A stretch of 64,000 bases of DNA from the human T2T-CHM13v2.0 reference genome, Homo sapiens, in assembly GCF_009914755.1 (NCBI RefSeq), contig NC_060937.1. One strand, given 5' to 3'. Position numbers and translations under genes: made by a program. The notes beneath the pieces were generated by a model. The model made no database searches and had not been told where the DNA came from. It saw nothing but the letters and a program-made list of their open reading frames with translations. Every line of letters begins with the position of its first letter. Position 1 is the first letter of the stretch. Below, piece after piece: positions 13,270 to 27,082 of this stretch.

Positions 13270-13720
13270 TTTTTCCATTTCTCTGCTCAAAAACTAAAAT
13301 AGATCCCCATTACTTGTATGAAATGGCATCTTGTCTCCTAATATTAAAGGTTTTGAACAATGTGACCTCAATCCCTTTCCTTATTGTAGCAACCATAACC
13401 TCTATCCCCATCCAGTATAAAAGGAATATAATTGGATATTCCCATCTCTAATCCTTTAGTTATTCTCTCACTTTTTCCAGAAATCCTTTAACTATATATA
13501 TGCCTATAGAAATCTGAGGCAGTTTTTATCTTTAACTAAAACCCCTCCTCCTTGTGAAATATAATTAGGTTTTTCCTAAAGAAATAAATATAAAATTCAT
13601 CTGTCTAAGAGACCATGTTTCATAATAGTTTTATGTAAATGTCTTGCTACCCTACTAGATTGTAAATGGCATATTGGGAGGAGCTCTAGGACCTTTGTAA
13701 TAATGCATTACTAATGAATG
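13270..13720 (+). mobile_element. L2 3' fragment
   Basis: ctctgctcaaaaac...cctactagattgtaaa...aatgaatga. Confidence 0.45.
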
Positions 13721-13764
13721 ATTAAATGGGAGATTTCAACTTGTTATTTCTACTCTCAAGTTTC

Positions 13765-14090
13765 AATAGAATGCTGTACAACAGATCTCTTCAACTTATC
13801 CCTTCTATCTAACTAAAATTTTATAGGCTTTGATCAACATCTCCCCAAGTTCCCCCTCCCACAATTGTCCCAGCCCCTGGTAACTATCATTCTACTCTCT
13901 ACTTCTATGAGATCAATATTTTTTAGATTTTACATATAAATGAAATTATATAGTATATATTTTTTGTGTCTGTCTTATTTAACTTAATGTAATGTCTTCC
14001 AGGTTCATCCATGTTGTCACAAATGACAGAATTTCTTTCTTATTTTTGAATAGTATTCCAGTATGTATATGTACCACATTTTCTTTACAT
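13765..14090 (-). mobile_element. L1MA 3'-end fragment
   Basis: cagcccctggtaactatcattctactctctacttctatgag...caggttcatccatgttgtcacaaatgacagaattt. Confidence 0.8.
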
Positions 14091-14502
14091 GTCTTGAATT
14101 TAAAATTTTAAAATGTTGGGTTCAGTAATCTCTGCACTATGAATTAGCTGAATCTTCATAACTGGTCAGAAGCATGATCTTATAACTGCTTCCTTCAGCT
14201 CCTCATGCTATCAAATTTATCTGTCAACTATGTTTAATGTCTGATAAACAGAAAATTTTCTATGAAAGGTATAAAAGTGGCTTTTTAAAAGAAATCGGTC
14301 AAATCATCACCAATATCATACGAATTTTATTAAGGATTAAAAAGCACCTCGTGTTTAGTGTTGTTTAACTTTTGAAACTAATTGTTTATGATTCTTTTTA
14401 AGTCACAAAGACACATTTAAAATTCTTAATTGGTAAACAAATTGGATATTATGGAAAGTTGAACAATCAGCAAAAACAACTCATAATAAAACAGTTTTTG
14501 TT

Positions 14503-14649
14503 ATGTATGCACATATATGTGTATGTGTATATATATACACGTATATATACACGTATATATATGTATATATACATATATACATATATATACGTGTATATAT
14601 ATGTATATGTATATATACGTATATATACACGTATATATATACACACACA
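14503..14649. repeat. Compound (TA/TG/CA) microsatellite
   Basis: Alternating purine-pyrimidine tract; source of ORFs 14459 and 14467. Confidence 0.9.
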
Positions 14650-15976
14650 GTTTTCTACTAACAGGAATACTTTGAAAGTAAGCAATGATGACTAGAATGG
14701 GGTAGCGAGAAATAAATAGATGATTTTATAAACCAATGAAACGACCAATAATTGTCTATGAATCTAATTCTATTCCGTATATTAAAAAAACTCTAACATG
14801 ATAAGAATTTAATTACATGCATTAAATAATATAGAGTTACATTTTCTTGTTTCTTTGAATGTTAATAAAGGAGATGACATATAATAGCATGAGATTTTCT
14901 TCTCTTGTTATTTAATGTGCTGAGCTAATGTGTAAAGCCAACATTTCCTGTTTTGTCACATTAGCTATTTGTGTTTCATGATGCAAAATTGAATCAGGTT
15001 TTATTACTTTGAAAATATTTAAAAAATATATATCATTTTCTTACTACATTAGTTATTTATTTCCCTTCATACATAGAATGTCATAGTCTTCTGCTTGTAA
15101 CACAGTAGCTGCTACAAAGGCCATAGTGATTTTACAGGGAAGCTTTAAAAAAATAAAATCTAAAAAAAAAGAAGTTATGAGACAGATGATATTATAGATA
15201 AACCAGAAGGGAAAAAATAAACAAAATCTGGAAGCTTTGCTTTGTTTATGACATGAAAAAATAACCGTAAATCAGAATGATACTTGACAAAAACACTGCA
15301 GTTCAGTTTGTTAATAGTTCTTAAACTGAATTTCAAATTAGATGAACTAAAGTAACAATGTTTGAGGTATGAATTGAAATTATATTCAAAGTGAAGATTG
15401 CATGTACTTGACTATTGATGGGCAAATATGTAAGTAACATTGTATAAACTACAACAATAAACATATTTTGTTTGAAGGTAGAAGCTGAATAAAAAATTCA
15501 TGACAATAGAGATTTATTTAGAATTTCAAATTGAATAATATGCCCAATAAGTATGGCAATGTAAATGTAGGAATGTACTTTATGATTAAACAAATTAAAA
15601 TTGGTCAGTAGTCATATAAATTTTTTATAAGTATTCATAGTTACAATTGCAAGTTGCTAGGAACTTGTAAATTCTTCATTTTGTCAAAACAATTTTTTAG
15701 GAAATAATTCCTATTAAATACAAATATACTTATAATAAAAATTTCAAAAATCATAAAATATAACAAAATGCGTAGTTTTTGCGTAATTTTTTCCAATAAA
15801 TGCTGTGTTAAGTGGGTTTAATTTTTGAAACTGGATAGTTAATAAAGTCGGTTTGAAATCTTTGTGTGCACATTTAACATTTGTGCTATACTTTGTTTTT
15901 TGTAAATTATACCTTTAAAAACATTAATTTATATATTACATGTGTATCTACTTTCATGTCAACCGTCTCCATTCTT

Positions 15977-16278
15977 TTATTTTTATTTTTATTATTTTTA
16001 GACGGAATCTCACTCTGTCACCCAGACTGGAGTGCAGTGGCACAATCTCAGCTCACTGCAACCTCTGCCTCCCCAGTTCAAGCAATTCTCCTGCCTCAGC
16101 CTCCTGAGTAGCCTTAATTACAAGTGTGCATCACCACATCTGGCTAATTTTTGTATTTTTAGTAGACACGGGGTTTCACCATGTTGGTCAGGCTGGTCTT
16201 GAACTCCTGACCTCGTGATCTGCCTGCCTCAGCCTCCCAAAGTGTTGGGATTACAGGAATGAGACACCATGCCCAGCC
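15977..16278 (-). mobile_element. AluS, full length
   Basis: Dimeric Alu; TSD aaccgtctccattctt (15961) / aacagtctccattctt (16279). Confidence 0.95.
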
Positions 16279-16319
16279 AACAGTCTCCATTCTTAATTAT
16301 GACATAATTACTTATTTGT

Positions 16320-17330
16320 TTTCTCAGCCATACATGTATTTTCATTATCTGAATATTAACAACAATTGTAGCAACAAAAATATATTTACTTTAGTTTAAT
16401 ATTATTTTTACTGTTTATTTTTTCCACAAGACTTATTTAATTAGGTATATAAGATCAAATTACAATGTTTTAGAGTAACTTGAAATAGTTCCTCTGTCTG
16501 TTATATAACCAATTAGATATAAAGGTAGGGTAACTTATTTTGCATTCAAATTTAGTTATTTTATTTTAAATTTAATTAAGTTTTATACTTGTATAAAATT
16601 TTAATGTGGACCCAAAGTCAATTTTTTTAAAAAGCTATAATTAAAGAAGTCTAGTATCTATTATAGTACCCGCTACCTTACCTTCTCCCATTTTATTTCA
16701 TGATTCATCTTGCTATATTCTTGTACATAATTGAATTTCTATTTCTAGCCTTCCTTTTGTAAATTAATGTTAGTGAATAATAAAATATTCTTTATTTACA
16801 CTTTTATTTATTTCACTTAATGAAATATCCTAATGATATTTCATAATAGTATATATAAATACTCCTCCTTGTTTTTGTGGCTGTACTCTGTTGTGAGGGA
16901 AGCATCAAAGGCTGTTTGACTCATCTTCTAGTGGTGTGCATTTGGATTATTGCCACTCTGCAGTCTTTACAAATACAGTTAATGTCAAAATTAATGTCAA
17001 TAAAATTAAAATGTTAATGCATTTTACAATTTTGTCACTGTATCTTTGGGATATATTTTTTAGAAGTGAGCTTGCTGAGTAAAAGTGTTTAAGAATAAGT
17101 AGTATTTCTAGATGTTGGCAGATTTTATTTCAGGACGATGGAACCATTTAGCCATCCCAGAAATGATGTATATTTACTTTTTTACAGTTCACCAAGAAAG
17201 TATGTTGTTGAACTTGGATTTTTGCCATGCAAATAGGCAAGGAACAGTATCTCATATAGTTTTAATTTTTATTCGTTTATTATAAGTAAGAGAAGGCATA
17301 TTATTTTGTTTAGATCCATTTTTTGAACTG
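16320..17330 (-). mobile_element. Old L1ME fragments
   Basis: tttcacttaatgaaatatcc...catttggattatt...tagaagtgagcttgctgagt...gtatctcat..agttttaattt. Confidence 0.5.
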
Positions 17331-17484
17331 TTTAGAAACTTCAATTTTTTGTTGTTAGTAATAAAATGTTACCTTCTAAGGGCATTATTTTTTATGATAA
17401 AAGATGGTTGGTTAAAAAAGGTTTCTACATGTAGAAATTGTCAGAGTTCAAAAGAGTGGTTTTAACTTATTCTGAAAACAATTA

Positions 17485-17548
17485 TTAGGTTGGTGCCAAA
17501 GTGATTAAAAAAATGGCAAAAACCACAATTACTTTTGCACCAACCTAG
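17485..17548. mobile_element. MADE1 (Hsmar1-derived MITE), internally deleted
   Basis: ttaggttggtgccaaagt...aattacttttgcaccaacctag with TA on both sides. Confidence 0.9.
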
Positions 17549-18019
17549 TATCATTGATCTTCCATGTGCAAGTCACTCGTCTAGGTACTAGTAACAATGT
17601 GATAAGCAAGATAGATATAGTTCTTGCTCTCATGAGCCATGGAATGAGCCATGGTTTGGTGAAAGAAACAGGCAATCAATAAGTAAAGAAGTGATCAAAC
17701 AGAAAAAGAAGTGATCAAACAGAAAAATTTCAAATATTGTTAACTACTAGTTTATTAAAAGCAGAGATTGTTGGGGATGGGATAGTGTTTAATAAAGAGC
17801 TTTCACTGACGATCTCTTTGAGGAAGTGACTTTGGGATTCAGACAAAAAAGAGAGAGAGAGCTATTTGATGTTCTTAAAGAAAAGCAGAAAGATACAGCA
17901 AATGTGAAGACCTGAAATCCGTAAGGAACTGGCCAGTTTGGTGCACACAAAGATGTCCCATTGGCTTTAAATGTCACATGCATTAGAGTGGCATGGATCA
18001 AATAAAAAAGGAGGGAGTT

Positions 18020-18381
<362 letters not shown>

Positions 18382-18654
18382 TCAATTCTAGGTTTATAGG
18401 AAGCTATCAGAGGCTTTTATAAGAGGGGAATTATAATTAATGCCCTTATAAAGATAACTCTGGCAATGATGTAGGGAACACACTGGAACTGCACGGCAAT
18501 AATGTACACAGAGATGCCAGTAAAAGGCTATTGCAAGAGTTCAGGTAAGAGGTGATGGCTGCATCAGCATTCTTTCAGAAATTCCTGCATTGGTTCTCCA
18601 AAATCTCAATAAAATACAGTCCTGCTCCTCAAATTCTTCATGTTTTAAAACTGT

Positions 18655-18860
18655 TTATCAATAATACTGAGAGCTTATTATATGCTAGGCACAGTTCCAA
18701 GATTTTACATGAGTCAATGCATTTAAACCTTCCAGTTTTATGAAGTAGATAATCATATTACAGAAGTAATTGAACTCCAGAAAGGTTAGCTAAATTGCCC
18801 AGGTCATACATCTGGAAGCAATGAGCATTTGAATCCAGATTGTCTTCACTCTGGCCTGGA
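18655..18860 (-). mobile_element. MIR
   Basis: tatatgctaggcacagttc...ttacagaag..aattga...aggttag...ttgcccaggtcataca...tttgaatccaga. Confidence 0.65.
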
Positions 18861-19264
18861 ATTTTTGTTGATGTTGCATAGAAAAACTCTTGCAGTTAAA
18901 AAAGTAGGTAGTGTTAAAATCTATAATCACATTTAAAAATCACTCTAAGAATATATTTAAGATTGTAAATATATTAGCTCATTTCAATACTGATTTTACC
19001 TCTATTATTAGCCAGTTAAAATTAGAAAATATTTTATTATAAAAGTCATATGTCTTGGGAATTGTTAAATGAAAGTTTTTACTTACAGTATAATTTATAA
19101 ATATAGATGCAAAAGAATCAAATATAGACATTTCTGTCTTCAGTGAAAATTTAAACATTAGACTATTTTGTTACATTTAAAATAATGTTCACAAAACGTG
19201 TTTAAACTAGATTTTTAAAAAGGTTTGGGGAAATGATTAGAATGATGATAAAGTTACAAGCACA

Positions 19265-19336
19265 TTATACTACTTGTAACTATAAAAGATGTAACAAATG
19301 ATCTAAGTACATCATTTGTAGTTACAGGTAGTATAA
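19265..19336. repeat. Inverted repeat, 29-bp arms and 14-nt loop
   Basis: ttatactacttgtaactataaaagatgta ... tacatcatttgtagttacaggtagtataa; 26/29 Watson-Crick pairs. Confidence 0.9.
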
Positions 19337-19819
19337 GGGGGCAGCCACATTTTCTGCAGCTGGTTAGTTAATGCTAAAGATAAGCATGCTAAACATTTGA
19401 CTATGAGAGCACGCTGGCTTTAAAGGGAATTGAGACATGCAGGACTTCATGTGCATTTCCTTTTGAGTACAACAGTATCACTCTCCAACACAGACACACA
19501 TTCACCTTTAAAAAACTGTAAGTTGAAATGGCTAAAATTTTTACTGCTATCGTGAAATAATTAGTATATAAAACCAATTTTTGGAGCAAACAAATTGTAC
19601 ATATATGAAAAATTACATTTAGTAATAAGTAATAAAGTTAGTCAACATAAGATAAAGTTACTTTCTCTCATTTTCTGATGATTCATCTTTGGAAGCATGT
19701 TTGTTTATTTCCCACTTTGGGATCGTTTTTACTCTGAATATTCATTAAGCAGGGTAGTTTTTACTGCAGGACCATCACTATTTTTCAGAGGACTCTGTTG
19801 TTGAAAAATAAATATTGGG

Positions 19820-20660
19820 TTAAAACCACAATGAGATACCACCTAACACCCACTGGAAGGGCTACCATCAAAATGATGGTAAATAATAAGTGTTGGTGAG
19901 AGTGTGGAGAATGTAGGACCCTCCTACATTTCTGGTGGTAACGTAAAATGATATAGCTGTTACAGGAAGGAGTTTGGTAGGTCCTCAAAAAATTAAACAT
20001 AGAATTGCCATATGGCCCAGAAATTTCACTTCCAGTTATATACCAAAAAGACTTGAAAAACAGGTACTCAATATTTATTCATATTGAATATTCAAATATT
20101 TATTCATATTCATATGAATACTTCATGCCAGCACTATTCATAAGAGCCAAAAGTCAAAAAACTTAAACATCCATCAACTGATGAATGAGGAAGCAAAGTG
20201 TGGTCTATATGTACAATGGAACATTAGTCAACCATACACAGTGTACAATGTACAATGTACATATGTACAATGGAACATTAGCCAACCATAAAAAGTACTA
20301 CATCAAAACTACTACTCTGTGCTAAAAGTAGGTGAAACTTGAAAACATGCTAAGCAAAAGAAGACAGAAACAAATGATCTTATATTGTGTTATTTCCTTT
20401 ATATGAAATATTTAGAATTGGCAAGTCCATAGAGATGGAAAACAGATGGGTGGTTGTCAGTGCTGGAGGAAGGAGGGTGTAGAGAATGATTGTTGAATGA
20501 TACGGGGTTTTCTTCTAGGGTAATGGAAATGTTTAGAACCTCATAGAGATAATGTTCGCACAGTATTGTAAATGTACTAAATGGCAATGAATTATACGCT
20601 TTGAAATCATCAATTTTATGTTACATGACTTTCATCTCAAAACCAAAGAAAATATAAAAT
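19820..20660 (+). mobile_element. L1MB 3' end (ORF2 tail and 3'UTR)
   Basis: aaaaccacaatgagataccac...ggcaagtccatagagatggaaa...gtaaatgtactaaatg...attttatgttacatga. Confidence 0.9.
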
Positions 20661-21039
20661 ATATAAAATTTTGTCAATAAATAAGAAAAAATGACAGAGA
20701 AAGAAAATAAATACATAAACATTTGGCATAAAAATGAAATGTCATTTCTTAGGCACTAAAGTGTCGTAATTAGAGAGTGTATGAATGGCTCATAACTTCA
20801 CTTCTAGTAAAGAAACCGTAAACATTTTAATGGGACTCAAAACACTACAATGTGCTGAGACATGATAAAAATAATAAGATGTGATATAAATCAATACTGA
20901 AATGGCAGACTGAAGCCATTTTGATCACAGAATTGTGTTTGTGTGAATAAAATCTCTGGATGAAATGTAGCAACAGAAAGTACTACAATCATTTAAAAAT
21001 AAAAGATAATAATGAAGATGCCTGTGTGTATTAAACGAA

Positions 21040-21335
21040 CAATCCCCATCCTTTTTGGCACCAGGGACTGGTTTCGTGGAAGACAATTTTTCCCCAGTTT
21101 GGTGGAGAAAATGGTTTCAGGATGAAACTGTTCTACCTCAGATCATCAGGCATCATATTCTCGTAAAGACCTCACAAACTAGATCCCTGGAGTTCGCAGT
21201 TCACAGTAGGGGTCACATTCCTATGAGAGTCTAATGCCTGCAGATCTGACAGGAGGTGGAGCTCAGGCAGTAATGCTCGCTGGCCTGCTGCACACGTCCA
21301 GCTGTGTGGACTGTTTCCTAACAGCCCACCAACCC
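21040..21335 (+). mobile_element. MER1B hAT-Charlie element
   Basis: ctttttggcaccagggactggtttcgtggaagacaattttt...gatctgacaggaggtggagctcaggcagtaatgctcgc. Confidence 0.9.
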
Positions 21336-21387
21336 ACTAATTCTAGTCCTTCCCATCTGAGTCATGTTATTTTTGGTGATAAAGAGT

Positions 21388-21650
21388 TTTGTTGTGGTGG
21401 TGGTTGCTGTTTGAGACAGGGTATCACTTTGTCACCCAGCCTGAAGCTGGCTACTAATTTTTAAATTTTGTGTAGACATGGAGTCTAGCCATCTTGACCT
21501 GGCTAGTCTTGAACTTCTGGCCTCAAGCAATTTTCCTGCTGCAGACTCCCAAAGTGCTGGGATTACAGGCATGAGCCACCATGCCCGACCACAAATGTGT
21601 TTCAATTGACTAAATAGTGCTGGGGTTACAGGTGTGAACCACTGCACCCA
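21388..21650 (-). mobile_element. AluJ with most of the right arm deleted, plus a second Alu 5'-end stub at ~21615-21650
   Basis: ttgagacagggtatcac...tggcctcaagcaat...gctgggattacaggcatgagccacc, then again gtgctggggttacaggtgtgaaccactgcaccca. Confidence 0.8.
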
Positions 21651-22069
21651 CTAAGAATTTTTTTGGGAAAAACTTTTATTATTTTGAATAAGTCTTTATG
21701 TTGCTTTAATTCTTTCAAGTCACCTGTTTATTCCTTAAGTTCCCAGCTAGCATCAATTTTCAAGTATGTCTTAAAGTCCCACAAGTGAATTCAGTGCTGT
21801 GATGTGCTGTATTCTCTAGAAGATTTTTTTAAAAAGAAAAAACAAAAATCTAAGCAACTACATCTCTTCTTACAAAACCTAAAGAATTCATGTGCATTAT
21901 AATTCTTAATCTTAATGATTAAATAAAAAGAAAAAAGATACTAGTATGTACCAAATTGGAGAATATTGAATCAATTTTTTAAAGATAAAGAACAGATAAA
22001 ATTTTCAGAAAATAAAATTATTAGTATACCATAAAATATTTAATTAAAAAATATAAATGCTTAACATTC

Positions 22070-22200
22070 ACCTTTAAGGTAGGTACCATTATCATCCTAG
22101 CTGATAAAATAAAGAAACTCAGGTACAAAAGATACGATATTTTTCAAAAACATATTAGCAAAATAAAGAAATTAATTTGAATCCATGTAATATAGTTCCA
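22070..22200 (-). mobile_element. MIR fragment
   Basis: aggtaggtaccattatc...aagaaactcagg...atttgaatcca. Confidence 0.45.
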
Positions 22201-24226
22201 GAATAAATAGTGAATCTAGTTGCCTTTTACGAGTATTATAACAGTATATGTATGTGGTAAATCTTATATTTTGCCCAAATTTAAGAAAACAAAGCTTATT
22301 ACAGATCTATGTAGATATAGATGGTTTTACATGTATGTATATATTTGAAATATTCTGATACAATTCACCATGCAAGACTCAAAGCAATTCCATTGAAGTG
22401 ACATAAAAAATAATTTTGGAATATTCTTTTCTGAAATAAATTGTAGACATTGCAATTGATTCAGTGACAGCATGAGGGCATCCTAAGATCATGGATATAG
22501 TCATTTAATCATGTATACTGGGCTTCAAATGTATCATGCAGGCATATTTCTTTTATTATACAAAATCAATTTTAAAACAGTCTGTCATCCTGCAATATCT
22601 GACAGATGAAAATTGAAACCTTTACAACAAAATATATATTTGTTAAATTTCATGGAATACCTTATCATAACATTTTTGACTTTTATTTATTTTCATACTT
22701 TTCCTTATATTACATTAACATTAATATCATAGATGCTATTGGAACATTTGTTCCGTCCTTTTGTGAGAATTCCTGATCAAAGTAAAGTGATACTTGCCTG
22801 GCACCTATGCTTCCTCTCCATCCCCTATTTTCCCAGCTGATAAAAGTAGAGCAACACTTTATCTATACTTGGGAGTCAGAATCTCTGCATTGATAACTTA
22901 ATCCAGAAGGTATAGAGACTGGAACCTGCAGACATAGGTGCATTAAAATCTCCTGAGTTCTGCATTACTGAAATAGAAATAGTTCCTGTAATCTATTTAA
23001 TACCCTAGAAAACGTCCAACATATTACTTTTTATTTTTTAAACTTTGGTTGTATAACATGTTTTTATTAAAGTGAAAATAAAAATTGACTTAATGGAATG
23101 AAACTGATGTTTAAAAAGTAATTGATACTCATTATCAAATAAAATAGAACATATTGAAGCAATTACTTTATTGATAAAGAATATTTCACATGTACTGAAA
23201 AATATGAATTTTTTAAATAAAATTGATATCTATAAAAGAGCATTTCAGCATACATTTTAAAGTCAGACAAAATTGTACTTGATAAATCATGAAATATGTG
23301 TGTTAGTGTACTAATTTTTAAAGTAAGGTAGTAAAAGCTTATTATGGCATTTTAGTAAGGAATCAAAATATGGAAATTACATACTTTAGTATATGGAACA
23401 TTAAAAGTTATCAATAAATTTAGTTGTTATTAGTATTTTCAACATGTTTTCCATTTTTACAAGGAATTTATCATTACTTATCCTACATTCTTACTTATGA
23501 AAGCAATAATAAATTATTTTAACGGCATAGTTTAGCTTTTCATTTCTAAACAATTATCAGAGCTATATTTCAAACTTTTATATTTGCTTGAAGTAAGAAG
23601 CCACTTTATTTTGAAATCTAAGGCAAAATAAAAATGCAAGCTTAGTGTGAAATCTCACATCCTTAAAATTCAGATATCTGACAACTGGAAAATGTTAAAA
23701 CTATAAAATAATAGCAGGCAAACACTCTAGTAAGCAATAATAAAAGATACAAAGAAATACTGATAGATCACATCTGCTCAGTGAGTAAGTAATCTGCTGT
23801 GTGTGTGTATCTGTGACACAGAGAGAGAGAGAGAGAAAGAGAGTGATATGATTCATTCTGAAGTAATAGTCATCATGGTAATATCTTGTGCCAAACTGAC
23901 ATATATATATATGTTTTGCTCACTTTTCTATTTTCTCACCATCACTAGCTAGGCTTATAGTAAGAACCTAATATAACTAGCTTACATTTTCATCCTTACA
24001 ACAAGACACCCAGGCTAAGGGTGTATATGAAATGTGTATATGAAAACACATTTTAAAATGAATATGTACAGGATAATTTCATGCTAACATATACATATTT
24101 ATACCTCAATACATTTTTGACAAGTCATTTAATAGTGCTCTATAACATGTATATTAACATTGGAATAATAAGTTGAGAGCTAATTCTCTCTAAGTCTCTC
24201 ATGTTTCTGCATCTCATTTGAGCCTT

Positions 24227-24712
24227 TGTTACTGCATGACATGCAAGTCTTGGTTCCAAACTCTCTTTTCAAGAACAGTTTCATAGCAGTGTACCTTGGA
24301 AAACTGATATAGTGTCCCTTTGTGGTGCAAAGGGCAGGCAGGCATGCTTACTGTCCAGTAAAAGAAAAATGTCTCCCTCCTGAACTAAGGTTTGGCATGT
24401 TCACTGCCATTATAAAATTTTCAGGTTTTCTAAGCTCAGAGCCCCTGTCCTGTAAAGCAATCTACTCCATATGCAAGCATGCTTTCAGGCCCATATGCAG
24501 CAGTCTTATGGGACTATGGGGTGCAAGAAAAATCAATACATTATATTGTTTTTCCAAAAACAAACAAATATATTGATACTTATGTGTGATAAAGTCCTCT
24601 GTCTCTGACCCAGGAGTTGTGGGACTTCTGCCAGCATTTATTAAACTGTGCTAGGATAACTTGTTATGTTGTACACAGGATAAAAATCTCAGATCTTTTA
24701 TATTTCTTGATA
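24227..24712 (+). mobile_element. ERVL 5' LTR (MER54/MER74/LTR53 group)
   Basis: caaagggcagg..gcttactg, ctaagctcag, taaagtcctctgtctctgacccaggagt, taacttgtt...aaaatctcaga..ttcttga. Confidence 0.75.
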
Positions 24713-25141
24713 GTTTTGATACATGATTCTATAATTAAAGGACATGACTTTCTGGAAGATGAAGGATGGGGGCCTTTTGAGGCAATTAATAGGAACCCAG
24801 AGAAGTCCATGGGAATAGATAGTTGAGATGTTAACAAATCATATGGTACACAGGGCAGTAAATGATGCTTCCTATTTTATGCTGTTAATGAGAATAAATT
24901 GAGAAGTGGTTCCAAGCCAATTGTTAGAAACAACAGACAACGACAGAGGCCTGAAAAGTACCCTGTTTGTTACTTTCTATTCTTTGAGAGGTGGGGATTA
25001 GCAGAATTTAAGAAAAATAGAAGATGGGATGAGGATAGCTTGATGCTGACCTCCAGATTGGTCAGCATCAAGCTATCCTCATCCCATCTTCTATTGCTAA
25101 TATTCCAGCCCTTTTCAGGAAACAGTTACAAAGATGTGCAC

Positions 25142-25512
25142 AGCATTAGTCCATTCTCACACTGCTAATAAAGACATACCCAAGACTGGGTAATTTATAA
25201 AGGAAAGAGGTTTAATTTACTGACACTTCAGCATAGCTGGGGAGGCCTCAGGAAACTTACATTCGTGGTGGAAGGAGAAGCAAACATCCTTCTTCACATG
25301 GCGGCAGCAAAGAGAAGCACAGAACAAAGGGAGGGAAAAACCCCTTGTAAAACCATCAGATCTCATGAGAACTCTCTCTATTACAAGAACACCATGGAGC
25401 TAACCAACCCCATGATTTGATTACCTCCCACTGGATCCCTCCCATGACGTGGGGATTATGGCAACTACAATTCAAGATGAGATTTGGGTGGAGACTCAGC
25501 TAAACCATACCA
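25142..25512 (-). mobile_element. THE1 (THE1C/D-like) solo LTR inserted in the ERV gag region
   Basis: attagtccattctcacactgctaataaagacataccc...gagatttgggtgg...aaaccatacca; TSD tgcac/tccac. Confidence 0.92.
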
Positions 25513-26947
25513 TCCACCTACATTGAATGTGAAAGGAAGAGAATTTCCTCTCTAGGGAAAACACAGGCAAAAACTTGTTACTTTTGATTGTTGACCTGAG
25601 ATATTGGGGAAAGGGCAGATCATATGTGTAAAAAAGCAAAACAAAACAAAACAAAACCAGAAAACAGCAGGGCCATTTTATGGCTCCAAGTCTTCTATGG
25701 TCCAACCTTCCAAATTTGGATCTATGGAGATGACAATGAAAGTTATTGGAGTGATGTTTTGTTTTTGTTTTTGTTTTTAAGGTGTACTTGGTCCTATGAA
25801 GTGAGGTCTGGCCTTTGCAAAGACAGTTTTCAGTGACAGAAAAACCCTTGTGTCAAACCATAGATAAAGCAATGAGTCTAGACTACCATTTTAAAAAGGT
25901 GATCCACAGTAGAATGAAAAGCTGGCCCAGTGAAATCTAAATAATTCTTACAGTCAGTCTACCACTGTGAAAAATTCCACTACCTCTCATGTTAAAACCA
26001 GATGAAAATTTAAGGAATGCCACTTTGATAATGGGGCAGCTAATGCCCCAAAATAGAGTCCTCATAGAAATTCACTGCTCTGTGAGACAGGCCCAAGTAA
26101 ACCAATGGGTACAAACCCCAAAACCCCAGCCAGAAGATAGTGCATTATGGCTGTTGAGTCAAGGGATTCCCAGAACGGAAACAATCACATCAGTAATGAT
26201 TACATTGTTGTTTCACAGATAGTTGGAGTAGACAGAAATCATCAGAAATTAATTTGGATGAACAGTGAGCAGCCCATTTAGCAACAGCATTACATGAAGA
26301 AATGATTATCCCTGTGGTGGCAATGTTACACTACATGAAGCAAAGCTATGAAATCAAAGGAGCCCTTGGTTCTCAGAAGTTTCTCTAAAAATCTGGGTCT
26401 GATGCACTGTAAGTTTGGCAAAACTGCAATCTGATTGCGTTCATGATGCTGCTGTGGATATTCAACCTTAGGGCCAGTCTGTACACTGATAAATGTATAT
26501 GATTACTCTCCTCAGTGGGCGAAACCCAAGGTCATTTTTACAGCCCTGGGCATTACCACTTTCATAAACTTGTAATGTTTTTACTGACTTTTGGACCGTA
26601 GATACATTCTCAGCTATTTGTTCTGCCACTTGGGAAAACTACAGACAGCCTGACAGATTAAAGTCACTCCTCTTTGGGATCAGAATTTTATAAACAAATT
26701 GTGGCTTCTAATTTAACCATCTGTGACACTCAGATGCATTCCCAAAATAAGAGCCTACTCTCTGATGAATCTGTCTGGAACTCAGTTACAGATTGAGCCT
26801 AGAATACTCAGATGGCTACTTTGCTGCTTGGGCCCAACATTGTACAAGGCATAGAAACAGATGCACTGTTATAGACTAGGAACAAATAAAGGACTCCATG
26901 TTTCTGATGAAGTGTTTACCACCATATTCACAAGTTATAACTCCTAA

Positions 26948-27082
26948 GGCTGTGCATAGTGGCTTATGCCTGTAATAAGGGCACAATGGGAGGCCAAGGT
27001 AGGAGGATCTCTTGAGGCAAGGAGTTTGAGAATAACCTGGACAACATAGCAAGACCCCATCTCTAAAATAAAATTAAAAAAT
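26948..27082 (+). mobile_element. FLAM / Alu left monomer
   Basis: ggctgtgcatagtggcttatgcctgtaat...caacatagcaagaccccatctcta plus A-rich tail; flanked by tt(a/g)taactcc. Confidence 0.85.
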
